DNA of 55,499 bases from Chiloscyllium plagiosum (GCF_004010195.1 NC_057718.1:102009901-102065399); one strand, 5' to 3'. Shown: positions 1 through 13,690, counted from the first letter of the stretch. Notes: generated by a model from the sequence alone, not told the origin. Numbers and translations: made by a program.

Positions 1-497
1 TACACCTATCCCTTTCTGTCACTAAAGTAAACATAACAGAATTGTGATCGCTATCACCAAAGTGCTCACCTACTTCCAAGTCTAACACCTGGCCGGGCTC
101 ATTACCCAGTACCAAATCTAATGTGGCTTCGCCCCTTGTTGGCCTGTCTACATACTGTGTCAGGAAGCCCTCCTGCACACACTGGACAAAAACTGACCCA
201 TCTATAGTACTCGTACTATAGTGTTCCCAGTCAATATTTGGAGAGTTGAAGTCCCCCAAGACAACTACCCTGTCTTTGTCACTCCTATCGAGAATCATCT
301 TTGTTATCCTTTCCTCTACATCTCTGAAACTATTTGGAGGCCTATAGAAAACTCCCAACAGGGTGACCTCTCCTTTCCTGTTTCTAACCTCAGCCCATAC
401 TACCTTAGTTGACGAGTCCCCAAACATCCTTTCTGCAACTGCAATACTGTCCTTGACCAACAATGGCACACCTCCCCCTCTTTTACCATCTTCTCTG
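1..497 (-). mobile_element. CR1/HER1-type LINE fragment, APE endonuclease region
   Basis: Minus-strand translation gives the APE motifs VVVLGDFNSPNIDW and GEHFGDSDHNSV. Confidence 0.75.
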
Positions 498-503
498 TCT
501 TCA

Positions 504-568
504 GTTGTTGAAGGTCAGTCATCTCATCTCCAGATGTCCTGGAGCTGAGATGACTGACCTTCAACAAC
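504..568. repeat. Fold-back inverted repeat at a LINE-LINE junction
   Basis: Arms 504-533 and 539-568 are reverse complements with one mismatch (527/545); 5-nt loop atgtc. Confidence 0.9.
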
Positions 569-1740
569 CACAACCATCTTCTTATATGTCAGATATGGCT
601 CTAACCTGTGGAGTGTTTGCCCCGTGATAGCTATTGATTTCAGTTTTGCCAGGGCTCCTTGATGCCACACTCGGTCGAATGCAGCCTTGATGTCAAGGGC
701 TGTCTCTCTCCCCTCCCCTCTGGAATTCAGCTCTTTTGTCCATGTTTGAACCTAAGGCTGTAATGAGGTCATGAGCTGAGTGACCCTGGGGGAGCCCAAA
801 ATGGGCGTCACTGAGCAGGTTATTGCTGAGCAGGTGCTGCTGGATAGTACTATGGATGACACGTTCTATCACTTTACTGACGATGGAAAGTAGACTGATG
901 GGGTGGGAATTGGCCAGGTTGGATTTGTCCTGCTTTTCATGTACAGGACATACCTGGGCAGTTTTCCACATTGTCGGGTAGATGTTGTAACTGCACAGGA
1001 ACAGCTTGGCGAGGGGAGCAGCTCGTTCTGGAGCACAGGTCTTCAGTCCTGTTGTCGAATGTTGTCAGGGCCCGTAGCCTTTACAGTATCCAGTACCTCC
1101 ATCTGTTTCTTGATCTCACGCGAAGTGAATCGAATTGGCTGGAGACTGGTATCTGTGATGCTGGGGACCATTGGAGGAGGCTGAAGATTGCTGTAAAAGC
1201 TTCAGCCTTATCTTTTGCGCTGATGTGCGGGGCTCTTCCATCACTGAGGTTGAGGATGTGTGTGGAACCTCCTCCTCCAGTGATTTGTTTAATTGTCCAC
1301 ATTCACGACTGTGGCAGGACTGCAGAGCTTAGGTCTGATCTGTTGCTTGTGGGATCATTTAGCTCCGTCTATCACTTACTGCTTATGCTGTTTGGTGGCT
1401 TCGCCAGGTTGACACCTCATCTTCAGGTCTGTCTGATGCTGCTCATGACCTGCCCTCCTGTACTCTCCATTGAACCAGGGTTGATCCCCTGGCTTGATGG
1501 TAATGGTTGAGTTGGGGATATGCTGGGCCATGAGGTTAAAGATTGTGCTGAAGGACAATTCTGCTGCTGTTAATGGTCCACAGCACCTCATTGTTCCCCA
1601 GTCTTGAGTTGCTAGACCTGTTTGAAGTCTGTCCCATTTAGCACGGTGATAGTGCCATACAACACAATGGAGGGTATTCTCAATGTGAAGGTGAGTTAAC
1701 TGCACGGTGGTCACTCTTACCGATACTGTCATGGACAGAT
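534..1740 (-). mobile_element. Degenerate CR1/L2-group LINE ORF2 fragment (linker plus RT N-terminus)
   Basis: ORFs 693-971 (WKTAQVCPVHEKQDKSNLANSHPISLLSIVSKVIE...FGLPQGHS) and 1376-1732 (KPGDQPWFN) resemble non-LTR RT; frameshifted. Confidence 0.8.
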
Positions 1741-1741
1741 G

Positions 1742-2140
1742 CTGTAGGAAGAATATTATTAAACTGGAGATGGACAGAAAACATTTACCAAGATGTTGCT
1801 GGGAACGTAGGGTTTGAGTTATAAAAATCGGCTGGATAGGCTGGGACTTCTTTCACTGGAGCTTAGGAGGCAGAGGGATGACCTTGTAGAGGTTTATAAA
1901 ATCATGAGATGCATGGATAAGGAGAATAGTAAGGGTCTTTCCCCTAGGTTGGGCAAGTTCAAAACTCGAGGGCTTATTTTTAAGGTGAGAGGAGAAAGCT
2001 TTAGAAGGGACATGAAGGGGAGCTTTTTTGCACAGAGAGTGGTTTGTGTGAGGAATGAACTTCCAGAGGAAGTGTAGAATGCAGGTATAGTTACAACATT
2101 TAAAAGACATTTGGATAAGTTCATGAATATGGAGGAACAT
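1742..2140 (+). mobile_element. CR1/HER1-type LINE 3' fragment
   Basis: LELRRQRDDLVEVYKIM...KTRG...FFAQRVV..RNELP is the typical CR1 ORF2 C-terminus. Confidence 0.8.
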
Positions 2141-2390
2141 GGGCCATCCCACCTAGATCCACCCCATCCCTGTAACCATGCATTCTCTATGGCTAACCCA
2201 CCTAGCCTGCACACTCTGGACAATTTCCCATATCCAATCCATCTAACCTGCAGATCTTTGGATTGTGGGAGAAAACCCATGCAGACACGGGGAGACTGTG
2301 CAAACTCCACACAGACAGTCACCCGAGGGTGGAATCAAACCCAAATCCCTGGGGCTGTGAGGCAGCAATGCTAACGACTGAGCCACCTGG
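2141..2390 (-). mobile_element. HE1-type V-SINE (partial)
   Basis: Reverse complement of the core tgtggagtttgcac...gggtttt..cccaca and a tRNA-like head; matches the copy at 33954. Confidence 0.8.
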
Positions 2391-3819
2391 CCTGGCCTCT
2401 ACTTCTCGTGTCAGTGCAACAATTCCTTCAGCAGCAAATACATTAATCAATATTGTTAAGTCAAAATTCAACTTTGGAGGGATGTGAGCCAACCTCAGGT
2501 AGGTAGGACTAGTTTAGTTTGGGGTTATGGACGACCTGGACTCGTTGGACCAAAGGGTCTGTTTCTGTGCTGTATGATTCTGTGATTTGACTCTGATGTC
2601 TTAATATCGACTAACACACACTTTGTGTGAGAACTCATGTGTTGTTGAGATCCGTGTATCAAAACAAGCATATCTCAAATGTAGCCGTCATCTCAATTCT
2701 GAACCTGGATTGTACAATCAGTCACATCTTCAGTGACAAATGGTGCAGGTTCATTGATTTGCAGTCCTTCCTTTTTAAAAACATATTACACACAGATGAA
2801 AGTTTAGGAATTCTGCCAGTACACTGTTTCTGTCCATTTGGTATTCAAAGAAGCATCTGTCTGCAGTCTGCATGCAATCAATTATTATCTTTTATTGCTT
2901 GTCATGTCGATCAACACATTCACCACTCTTATCAAAACTAATTATATGCAAGAGAAAGTGGCCGTGTACTTACATAGTTTTCCGCAAGGTCAGGGTGCAG
3001 GTAATCAATTCCTGCATTAGAACAATAAGTAGGTTACATAAACGGAATTCAAATTTGTAAAAGAAGGTGCTATAAACTGATCCAATTACATTTTTCAGCA
3101 ACTTTGAAGAGGTTTGAAGTATTGAGAAACTGCATTTAAATCATCTGGAATAAAAGGTGTTTGCACAGTTCTGGTGAAAGCTGGGGGTATGAGGGCCATA
3201 AAAGCAGAAAACCTCAGGAACTTTACTTGGATGAGCACTTGAAATGTCATAACATTCAAGGCTTATGAGGTGGTACAGACTTGATGGGCCGAAGGGCTTC
3301 ATTTGTACTGTACGGTTCTCTGATTTTATGTCTGCGGATGCTGGAAATGCGAAACAAACACAGAGCATGCTGGAGAAACTCAGCAGGTCTGGCAGGATCT
3401 GCAGTGAGAGAAATAAAATTCAACATTTCCAGTCCAAATTACTCTTCTTCAGAACAGTTCTATCACTTAGTGACATCCGTTATCCATTGTGTAACATTCA
3501 AATAGAACAGAGATTGACGGACGCTGGAGAACTGAAGCAAAAAACAGAAATTACAGGAGAAACTCAGCAGGCCGGGCAGCATCTGTGGAGAGAGAAACAG
3601 AGTTACTATTTCAAGTCTGGTGACTCTCGATCAGGACTCGTCTAAGGTTTTTCATCTTTGATGAAATGGTCAACATGCTGATGGTTTCTTTCTTGGGCAT
3701 CAACTTTTAAGAGTTCTGAAGGACAGTCATACCAGACTCAAAACATTAACCCTGTTTCCCTCTCCATTCCAGATTTACTGAGGTTCTCCAGCATTCTCTG
3801 TGTTTGGTCAGAATCCTTA

Positions 3820-4097
3820 TTCTGTGGATGAGGGCCATTCGGCCCATAGAGTTCACACTGGCCCTCCGAAGCGCATCCCACCTAGACTCACCCCATCTCT
3901 GTAACCATGCATGCCCCGTGGCTAACCCACCTAGCCTGCACACTCAGGACAATTTCCCATGTCCAATCCACCTAACCTGTAGATCTTTGGACTGTAGGAG
4001 GAAGCCCATGCAGACATGGGGAGAACGGGCAAACTCCACACAGACAGTCACTCAAAGGTGGAAGCAGCAGTGCTAACCACCGAGCCACCGCGCTGCC
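3820..4097 (-). mobile_element. HE1-type V-SINE (partial)
   Basis: Same core and tail; closely resembles the 2141-2390 copy. Confidence 0.8.
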
Positions 4098-5629
4098 CTG
4101 GCCTCTGCTCCTTAAGTCAGTGCAACAATTCCTTCAGCAGCAAATACATTAATCAATATCGTTAATTCAAGTGTTGTGAGTTTAAATGGCAATTATAACT
4201 GGGGAAAGACATTTAATGCATTTGCTTCCTTCTCAGAGATGTATTATCCATTCAAACAAACAGAGCAGCATGTAAGCACTTCATTGTCAAGAGCAGCAAC
4301 ATGTCATTAGCCCTTACCATCATCCATGATTGCGATGGTTACTCCTTTTCCAGTGTAGCCCAACTCCCATGCTTCAGCCACATTCAGGTCCAAACCAGGG
4401 GTCCCATCAGCTTGCCCCGTGTTGACCTGTTTCAGCAGGAAAAGATGTTTCTACAGTTGCACCCATTTCTTACTCAGATCTCAATCCCGATTCCAACCCT
4501 CCCTGCCCTGGTTGGGGGGAGAGGTGAGGGGGTAAACTTGGGGGCTGGGGCAGCCCGTGGAAATAAAGCCCCTGGCACATGAAGTCTCCTGGGCATTCTT
4601 TTGCAATTCTCTACCCCGGAGAGCAATGACAGTTCAGTCATGGAGTAGATTCAAGGCAGAAGTCAAAAGATTAAAGCAAGCAATAGATTTCTGGATATTA
4701 AAGATTTCAAGGGTATAGTGCAGGAAAATGACCGGGTAAAAGAGCCATGGTCTGGTTGAATGGCCCAGTATCCTTGAAGGGCTGAATAGCCTGCTTTACT
4801 CCTATCTTTCAAGGTCCCTCACTGCAGGTAGGTGGGGTGGAAAATCTTCCTCTTGAATATTACCATCAGGAGGGGCTTGGTCTGACACCTTTGTGATGGA
4901 CACAAACATTAGCTGAAATGGGTGCAATCTCAGATGACAGCAGTAGATTGGGACCGTTATGGGGATTGGGATCAAAAGGATTCAAAGTGAACCCCAGCTC
5001 TTTCGTTCCTTACCTTTGCTCCATTTCAGGGCCAGGGACTTCCTCCTCCAGTCCTCACTGAGACCTCTACCCATTCCCAATCCAGCCTAGCCTCTTTGAT
5101 CTCAACTGCAAACCCTGGGAGTTCGAGTGGCTCCTGGGTCAGGCAAATGCCTTTTCTCATCATTCCACGAAACCAAAACCTAGTCCCTCTTTCCCAGAAT
5201 GAGACGTGATCTTGTTGAAACATATAAGACCTTGAGGGGAACTTGACAATGAGGATGCTGAAAGGATTTGTCTTCTTGGAGGAGAGACTGAAACTGAGGA
5301 ACACACGTTAAATACATGGACTCTCCCATTCAAAATCACGATGTGGAAAATATTTTCTTTTCCCTCTGGAGGGTTTTCAGTCTTTGGGAACTCTCTTCCC
5401 TCGAGAGAGGGAGAGTTGGGGGTTTTTGAATACTTTTAAGGCTGGGGTGAACAGATTCATGACTAACAGAAATCAAATGTTAATGGGAAACCAGAGTTTA
5501 TGATTAGCTATGGCGTAGATCGACACCAATTCCTTTGAGGGCGACAGCTTTATTTAAATAATTTGATCATCAAAGGTGGATATCCCTAATTGCTCTGGAG
5601 AAGCACCATCTTTGAACTTTTAAATTTTC

Positions 5630-5875
5630 TTTTTAGATTGCTTATACTGTCGAAACAGGCCCTTTGGCCCATCTAGCCCTCTGAACAGCAACCCACCCAG
5701 ACCCATTCCCCTAACACTACATGCAATTTAGCATGGCCAATTCACCTAACCTGCACAGTTTTGGACTGTGGAAAGAAACCCACACAGACATAGAGTGAAT
5801 GTGCAAACTCCACACAGACAGTTGCCTGAGACGGGAATTGAACCCAGGCTAACCACTGTGCCACCATGCCACCCC
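5630..5875 (-). mobile_element. HE1-type V-SINE
   Basis: Tail gaaacaggccctttggccc, core tgtgcaaactccacacagaca, head ctaaccactgtgccacc. Confidence 0.75.
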
Positions 5876-7535
5876 AGCAGTTCTGCAGTGGTTCATAAGC
5901 TTTAGGCAGTTCAAGAGGGTATTGGATGATTATATGGATAGAAATGGTGTGCTGGGACTTCGGGAAAAGGCACTGGGATAGAATTCTGCACATACAATGG
6001 GCTGAATGGCCTCTGTCAGCACTTCTGTGACCTACAAGGCCCTTGGGGAGGGGATTCCAGGACATTGACCAGTGACAGTGAAGGAACAGCAATATATTTC
6101 CAAGTCAGGACAGTGGGTGACTAGGAGGGGGACTTGCAGGGGGTGGTGTTCCCGGGTATATGCTGCCTTCTGGATGGTAGAGGTAGATGGTAAATTGGAA
6201 GCTGCTGGTGAGTTACTGCAGTGCATCTTGTAAATAAAAAGGTAGAAGCAATTTAAACTTAATATGACAAGTTAGTATTAGCAATGGTGAGCACATAAAT
6301 GTGGATCATACTGAAAACCCATCTGGTTCACCATGTCCTATGGGGAAGGAAACTGCCATCCTTACCTGGTCTGGCCAACATGTGACTCCAGACGAATTGC
6401 AATGTGATTTACTCTTAACTACCCTCTGAAATGGCTAAACAATTAAGGCCCTTTCAGAGTTGACATAAATGCTAAATGCTATTCAATCCCTGGGAATTAG
6501 GTAAAATAGAATCCCAATGAATATGAAAATCCCATTCTCATTTTGATAAACAAAAGTTCATTTCCAATTGGGAAATAAAGAAACAATGAAAGCTGGAGGA
6601 TGAATATATCTCATTCTTTTGTTCTAAGTCTTGCTCCCCTAGACAAATCCCGTCACCAAGTCTCACATATGCCCACCCCTCAGGTAGCTCTTTCCTCATC
6701 ACTGCTGGGTTCATAGCCTGGTGTTTCCTATCTTTGGGAGATGGCACCATTGGCACACAATGTGCAGCAGGTTGACAGGACCAATCCTGTCTCAGGATAA
6801 TTGGGGAGGGGCAAAACATGATGGCCTCACCCAGCTGTGTCCAGAGAAGAATTTCAACAAAGGCACATAAACAGTGGTAAACATCAAACAGAACATAAAA
6901 GAGATGTAGGTAAGTCAGATGGTGCTTACAAGATACCATTGTTTAGTAAACAAAGGATCATTCATCATGATACCAATTTCACGAATACTCCGATATCCTC
7001 GCTTCCTTCTATTAAATGCTTCTTGCTGCATGGCATGTTTTACCTGCAAGAGAAATCATCTGTTTGAGGGCATACAGAAATATTGGTTTAGGTTTAAAGA
7101 TTCATGAATTAAAAATTTCAAACCGACTTGTGATGTTTTATTTGCTGATGGAGAACTCAATCTGAACACGGAGATGCGTTTCCTTGACACTATATTCTCA
7201 ATACACCTTTAAACAAATACCTAGATCAGGCTCAGCCATGGCCTTGCACTTTACCATTCACCTTACAAAGAAACAGGTAATGATGGACAGCAAAGGAGTC
7301 AAAGTTCCAACTAATCTGTTGCACACAATGCGGATACCTTGTGTATTTCATACTGCCCCTCCTGCCAACTGGCAGTGTAAAGACAAAAAGATAAAAGACA
7401 AGGGCACCATTGAGAAAGAGTGAAGTTGGGTAGCACCATCACCAAGGCAATGCAGAGTTCACAGTCTACAGCAGGATGCATCAGGGATCTCTGATACAGG
7501 AGATCAAAGGACCTCCTCGATCACTCCTACCAGGT

Positions 7536-7945
7536 TATAGAGTCATAGAGATGTACAGCATGGAAACAGACTCTTCAGTCCAACCCCGTCCATGCCGACC
7601 AGATATCCCAACCTAATCTAGTCCCACCTGCCAGCACCCAGCCCATATCCCTCCAAACCCTTCCTATTCATATACCCATCCAAATACCTCTTAAATGTTG
7701 CAATTGTACCAGCCTCCACCACATCCTCTGGCAGCTCATTCCATACACGCACCACCCTCTGCGTGAAAAAGTTGCCTCTTAGGTCTCTTTTATATCTTTC
7801 CCCTCTCACCCCAAACCACATCCTTGTAAATCTTTTCTGAACCCTTTCAAGTTTCACAACAGCTTTCCGATAGGAAGGAGACCAGAATTGCACCCAATAT
7901 TCCAACAGTGGCCTAACCAATGTCCCGTACAGCCATAACACTGTT
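7536..7945 (-). mobile_element. CR1/HER1-type LINE 3' end
   Basis: LYGTLVRPLLEYWVQFWSP...LERVQKRFTRM...FFTQRVVRVWNELP, followed by the (ctatgact)-type tail. Confidence 0.85.
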
Positions 7946-8021
7946 GAATCCATCCCCCAGACACGTTTAACACAGAAAAACATCCCAAGGCATTTCACAG
8001 AAGCATATACATAAAAATCAC

Positions 8022-8250
8022 AAATAAACCTGTTGCACTATAACCTGATTTGGAGCGGCCAGTGTTGGACTGGGGTGTACAAAGTTAAAAGTTACACAGC
8101 ACCAGGTTATAGTCCAACAGGTTTATTTGGAATCACTAGTGCTGCTCCTTCATCAAGTGGTTGACTGAAAACTAGTGCTTCCAAATAAACCTGTTGGACT
8201 ATAACCTGGTGCTGTGTGATTTTTAAGTTTATCCCAGTCCAACACCTGCA
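8022..8250. mobile_element. Palindromic Penelope-like non-autonomous element, family C (decayed)
   Basis: Inverted arms caccaggttatagtccaacaggtttatttg / caaataaacctgttggactataacctggtg, with a remnant ctccttcatca at the centre. Confidence 0.65.
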
Positions 8251-8744
8251 CCTTCACATTACATATAGCACTGAACCACTGAAGGACATTTTAGGAAGTT
8301 TAAGACCAGGTGCTTAACAAAGCAAATATAAAAGACAGTATTCCAGAAAAGGGAAAGACAGCGAGGTTTACAGAGGGAATGCCAGAGCTTCGGGCCCAGA
8401 CAGCTGAAAGAATGACCACCAAGAACGGAATGATTCAGATCAGTGGATGGACAGGTGGCCAGTATTAGAGGGTCGTAGGAAATCAGGAACCTTTCTGATG
8501 ACGATTCTCAAGAGAGTGAGGTAAAATCTTTCAAAAAGCTAGAGGTTGGTGACAATCATCTGTTTCCAAACAAACTGATTCTGCAAAAGGAAGTTTCCAC
8601 AGCCACACAACAGCCTCCATCGGTGAAATGAAGGGCAAACCGTTGTGAAATTATGGTGTCAGATTAAAGGCCGGAAGACAGAGAGAAAGGCATTTCTTGA
8701 TGATAATGGCCTGTCATGTTAAAGCAAATAACCCTTCAACATTA

Positions 8745-9300
8745 ACTTTTCTTCATTTATTTATATATATTTATTACCCATCTATGGTTGCTCCTTGAGA
8801 AAGTGGGGGTGAGCTGCAGAGTCCACATTCTGCAGATTGTGCCATAATGCCCTTAGGGAGGGAATTGCAGGATTGTGACCCAGTTACAGTGAAGGAACGG
8901 TGATATATCTCCGAGTCAGGATGGTGAGTGGCTTAGAGGGGAACTTACAGAGGGTGGTGTTCCCATATATCTGCTGCCCTTGTCCTTCTAGATGGAACGC
9001 ATCACAGGTTTGGAAGGTGCTGTTGGAGAAGCCTTGGTAAGTTACTCCAGTGTACCTTGAAGATGGTACACACTGCTGCAACTGAGTGTCGGTGGTGGAG
9101 GAAGTGGATATTTGTGGGTGTGGTGCCAATCAAGCAGGTTGCTTTGTCCTGCATGCTGTCAAACTTCTTGAGTGTTATTGGAGCTACACCCATCCAGGCA
9201 AATGGGGAGTATTCCATCACACTCCTGACTTGTGCCTTGTAAGTGGTGGACAGGCTTTGGAAAGTCAGGAGGGGAGTTACTTGTCACAGAATTTCCAACA
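8745..9300 (-). mobile_element. L2/CR1-group LINE 3' fragment
   Basis: MEYSPFAWMGVAPITLKKFDSMQDKATCLIG resembles an ORF2 C-terminus; the same tail recurs at 19630-20050 and elsewhere. Confidence 0.7.
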
Positions 9301-9429
9301 TCTGAATTGCCAGAATTCTGGAAGTAATGAGTCCAGGATTGATATTGGGAAAAAAATTCTCTGTATTTACACAGCACCTGCTTCAACCATAGGCTTTTAT
9401 AGCCAATGAAGTACTTTGAATTGTATAGA

Positions 9430-9650
9430 AACGAAACCAGAAATTGCCAGAAAAGCTCAGCGGGTCTGGCAGCATCTGTGAACAGAAATCAGAGTTAACG
9501 TTTCGGGTCCGGTGACCATTCCACAGAATGGACCCTAAAACGTTAACTCTGGTTTCTCTCCACAAATGCTGCCAGACTTGCCGAGATTTCCCAGTGATTT
9601 CTGGTTTTGTTTCTGATTTATACGGCATCTGCAGTTCTGTCAGTTTTCAC
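9430..9650. mobile_element. Palindromic Penelope-like element, family B (decayed)
   Basis: Imperfect inverted arms aaaccagaaatt...gtctggcagcat..agagttaacgttt / aaacgttaactct...atgctgccagac...atttctggttt. Confidence 0.65.
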
Positions 9651-11675
9651 ATTGAGGTGTAGTCCTTGTTATAAAGTCATAAAGTCATAGAGTCCTACAG
9701 CACAGAGACAGGCTCTTTGCCCCAAACTGGTCTATGCCGTCTATGCTAACCCCATTTCCCTGCACTTGGCCCACATCCCTCTAATCCTTTCCTATGCATG
9801 TATATGTCCAAATGCCTTTTAAATGTTGTTAATGTACCTGCGTCAACCACTTCCACTGGCAGCTCATTCCATATGCACCCCACCCTCTGTATAAAAGAGT
9901 TGCCCCTCAGGTTCCCTTTTATTCTTTCCCCTCTAACCTTAAACTGATGCCCTCCTATCCTTGATTCCCAGCGCGGGGAAAAAGACTGAATGCATTCACC
10001 CTTTCAATGCGTCTCAAGATCTCATACGCTTCCACAAGATCCCCCCTCAGTCTCCCCTCTGTGATACAGGATGGGATTATAGGGACCATCAGCCTTGGAC
10101 CTGCACTGAGAATTATTTACACATGAACATTTCAGGTGCACGCACGTGTGACCACGTAAAAGGTTACTGAGGAAATTGGCGGCAGTATAATTCAAGGCAC
10201 AGGTGGGAGAAGAAGATGGAGCACCCAATTATCTGGTGCTCAACCCCCATACACTGTGCCCTGGCACTGCACTCAGTGCCCTCGCCACATGTGCGGTGAC
10301 GCTGGTACCGGGACCCAGCTGAAGAACACTCTCCCACAGAATTCTTCAACGGCATCCTGTCTCACACACTCATCTCTGTATCCACTCAACGCTTTATTCA
10401 ACGGCACTTGTCGTGACTTTTAACAAAACTGCAACCATTCCAACCTGTCCCAATTCCACTCGCCAGATCATAATCTAGAGGGCATAGGTTTAAAGTGAGA
10501 GGGGAAAGATTTAAAAGGGACCTAAGGAGTAACTTTTTCACACAGAGGGTGGTGCACATATGCAAGTGGTGTAGGCTGGTACAATTACATCATTTAGAAG
10601 GCATCTGGATGGGTATAGGGTTTAGAGGGATATTGGCCAAGTGCTGGCAAATGGGACTAGATTAGGTTAGGATATCTGGTCGGCATGGAACGAAGGGTCT
10701 GTTTCTGAGCTATACATCTCTATCACTCTATGATTCTAAAGTAAGATCTCATTTCTACTCACCATCCTCACTCACTATAAGAATAGGAACAGGAGTAGGC
10801 CATTCGGTCCCTCGAGCCTGCTCTGCCATTCAACAGGATCATGGCTGATCCAAGATTTTTTATGTCCAACCTCCTGCTCTTTTCCCATAACCCTTCCTTC
10901 TCCGACTGATCAAGAATTTATCTCAGTCTTAAATATAAACAAGGACTCTGCCCCCACAGTTGTCTCTGCGGCAAGGAATTCCAAAGACTCACAACCCTCA
11001 GTGAGAAGAAATTCCTCCCCATCTCCGTCTGAAATTGGAGCCCCATTGTTCTGAGACTGTACCCTCTGGTCCTAGCCTCTTCCATGAGGGAAAATATCCT
11101 GTCAGCAATGACCCTGTCAAGCCCCTTAAGAATCCTCCACCTTCATTCACTGCCTTCACTCACTCATGGCTTCATACACCCCCACCCAACCTGCTTCCTG
11201 GTCACCCTATTCCCGATCTTGTATCTGCCAGCCTCCCACTCACTCGCAGGGAACGATAAACAGCAAAGAGGCAGAGCAGTGAGAGGGAGGGAGCAGTGAT
11301 GAGGGGAGGTTTTGAGGCAGAGCTGAAAATGTGTTGCTGGAAAAGCGCAGCAGGTCAGGCAGCAGGTCAGGCAAGACAAAGTATATGAGCAGATGTCTGC
11401 ATTATTTATGCAAATCACAGCGCAGAAAGATCTTTTGTACAGTCAGAGATGATGCAAAGACTGATTGTACTCCTCTCATTGCGATCTGCGTCTAGCTATC
11501 AATGGATTGAACACTTTTTCAGGCAAGATTGGACAGATTTTTAATCAGTAGCATCATGTGGAAAAGGAAGGAAAGAGGGTTTGAGGGTTATCAAACCAGC
11601 TGTGAACTCATTGAATGGTGGAGCAATGTCAATGGGCTGAATGGCCTACTTCTGTCCTAGGTATTATGGTCTTTT

Positions 11676-11887
11676 GGAGAAAGTGAGGTCTGCAGATGCT
11701 GGAGATCAAAGTTGAAACTTTATTGCTGGAACAGCACAGCAGGTCAGGCAGCATCCAGGGAACAGGAGATTCGACGTTTCGGGCACAGGCCCTTCTTCCT
11801 GAAGAAGGGCCTGTGCCCGAAACGTCGAATCTCCTGTTCCCTGGATGCTGCCTGACCTGCTGTGCTGTTCCAGCAATAAAGTTTCAA
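11676..11887. mobile_element. Palindromic Penelope-like non-autonomous element, family A (young)
   Basis: 87-bp inverted arms 11712-11798 and 11801-11887; flanking direct repeat attatggtcttttgg at 11663-11677 and 11887-11901. Confidence 0.85.
11799..11826 (+). ncRNA. Minimal type I hammerhead ribozyme motif
   Basis: CTGAAGA-A-GGGC-ctgt-GCCC-GAAA-CG-TC: conserved core, 4-bp stem II, palindromic minimal stem III (ACGT). Confidence 0.7.
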
Positions 11888-12247
11888 TTATGGTCTTTTG
11901 GTCGATCTTTTGCTCTCTTTCCATTTCTGGCTAAATGGAGTTGGGGTACAGACGGACCCTGACCTGACTGAATGGCAGAAAGACCTCCTCCTGTTCTTAT
12001 CAAATTCCAGCCAGTGTGATAAAGAAAAACAAACACAGAGCAGCCAAAGATGATGGCATCAGCTTTTTGTTGTCAGTGTACATTGCCAGGTGACTCCCAA
12101 TTTGGAAATACATTAACCTTGACAGTTCATTGCAACCCCAGAATCCAAGCCCACACTTTACAAAAACTTCCTCACCGAGGCTACCAACCATCTAGCAAAG
12201 ACCTGCAGAATTCAGACACTGTGGATACCTCTCTGACGCACCATTCA

Positions 12248-12455
12248 ATGGTGAGCTCGTGACGCAGTGTGATGCCAGCAGGGTAGGTTCAATTCCCGCG
12301 CTGGCTGAGGTGACCATGAAGGACTCTTCTTTTCAACCTCTCCCCTTACCTGAGGCGTGGTGGCCCTCAGGTTAAACTACCACCAGTTGTCTCTCTGTAA
12401 TTAGACAGAGCAGCCCTATGGGCTGGTAAGACTATGGTGGCTTTGCACTTTCCTT
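12248..12455 (+). mobile_element. Second tRNA-derived SINE-like family
   Basis: B-box-like ggttcaattcc; body and tail (gagcagccctatg..taagactatgg) recur in reverse at ~38330-38520 and at ~26830-26905. Confidence 0.55.
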
Positions 12456-13360
12456 GAGTTATTCCTGGAATGGATGGGTTAGTTTATTGGGAAAGTTGGA
12501 CAGGTTGGGTTTGTATCTGCTGAAGTTTAAAAGATAAAGAGGTGACTTGATTGATTAAAGATCCTGAAAGGATGCAGGTGGCAATGATGTTTCCATTTGT
12601 TGGAAGAACTAGAACGAGGGGATCGCTGTTTAAACTGATGGGTCACCCATTTAAGACAGAGTGCAAGGGAATTTTTTTCTCACAAAGTGGGGTTGGTGGT
12701 TCTTTGGAATTCTCTTCCTGAAAAGTTGGTAGGAGCAGAATCTTTGTGTAGTTTTCAGGCAGAGGTAAATAAAGGTAGCGATTATACCTGCACTCGCTTT
12801 CTGAGCATTTTAACTCAGTACCAATCTCCTTTTCCCCATTACCCTGCACATTGCTCCTATTTAAATAATTATCCAATGTTCCTCTTGAATGCCTCAATTG
12901 AACCTGCCTCCCCCACATTTCCAGGCAGTGTATTCCACACCATAAAAACCTACTGGGTGAAAATGCTTTTTTTGCCTCATCTCACAATTACTTCTTTCAT
13001 AAACTATTTTGAATCTGTGCACTATAGTTCTCCATCTACTTGAATGGTGAAGAGCTTATGCTCGAAACGTTGAGTCTCCTGCCCCTCAGATGCTGCCTGA
13101 CTCGCTGTGCTTTTCCAGCACCACACGTTTTGACTGGGAAGAGTTTCTCCCTATTCACTCTGACCAGCCCCTTCATGATCTTGAAAATCTCTATCCGATC
13201 TTCCCTGAGCTTGCTCCTCTCCAAGGTCCTCACTTCTTCAACTCTTCCTCCTCAATGGAAGGTCTCATCCCAGGAACCATTGGTAAGTGAGGAATGGTCG
13301 GGGGAAGGGTGATGGAAGTTAATCGGGGGTAGGTGGAACCATGGAGTGATCAAATCCACA

Positions 13361-13690
13361 ATGGTGTGGCTCAGTGGTTAGCACTGCTGCTTCACAATAC
13401 TGGGGACCCGGGTTTGATTCCACCCTCGGGTGACTGTCTGTGTGGAGTTTGCACATTCTCCACGTGTCTGCGTGGGTTTCCTCCGGGTGCAGGTTATGGG
13501 GGATTGGCCATGCTAAATTGTTCAATTTGGGTAGATTGGCCATGGTGTAGTGTCCAGGGAATGTGTAGGCTAGGTGAGTTAGTCATGGAAAATGTGAGGC
13601 AGTGAAGATAGGGTGGGGAGGCATTTTGCAGGTTTGATGCCGACCCGATGGGCTGAATGGCCTCTTTCTGCATTATAGGGATTCCGTGAT
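13361..13690 (+). mobile_element. HE1-type V-SINE
   Basis: A box tggctcagtgg, B-box-like ggtttgattcc, V core, HER1-like tail. Confidence 0.8.

Noticed and set aside
11696..11962. Mirror-image ORFs on both strands (also 13909-14277 and 44967-45326)
   Set aside because: Artefact of the palindromic elements.
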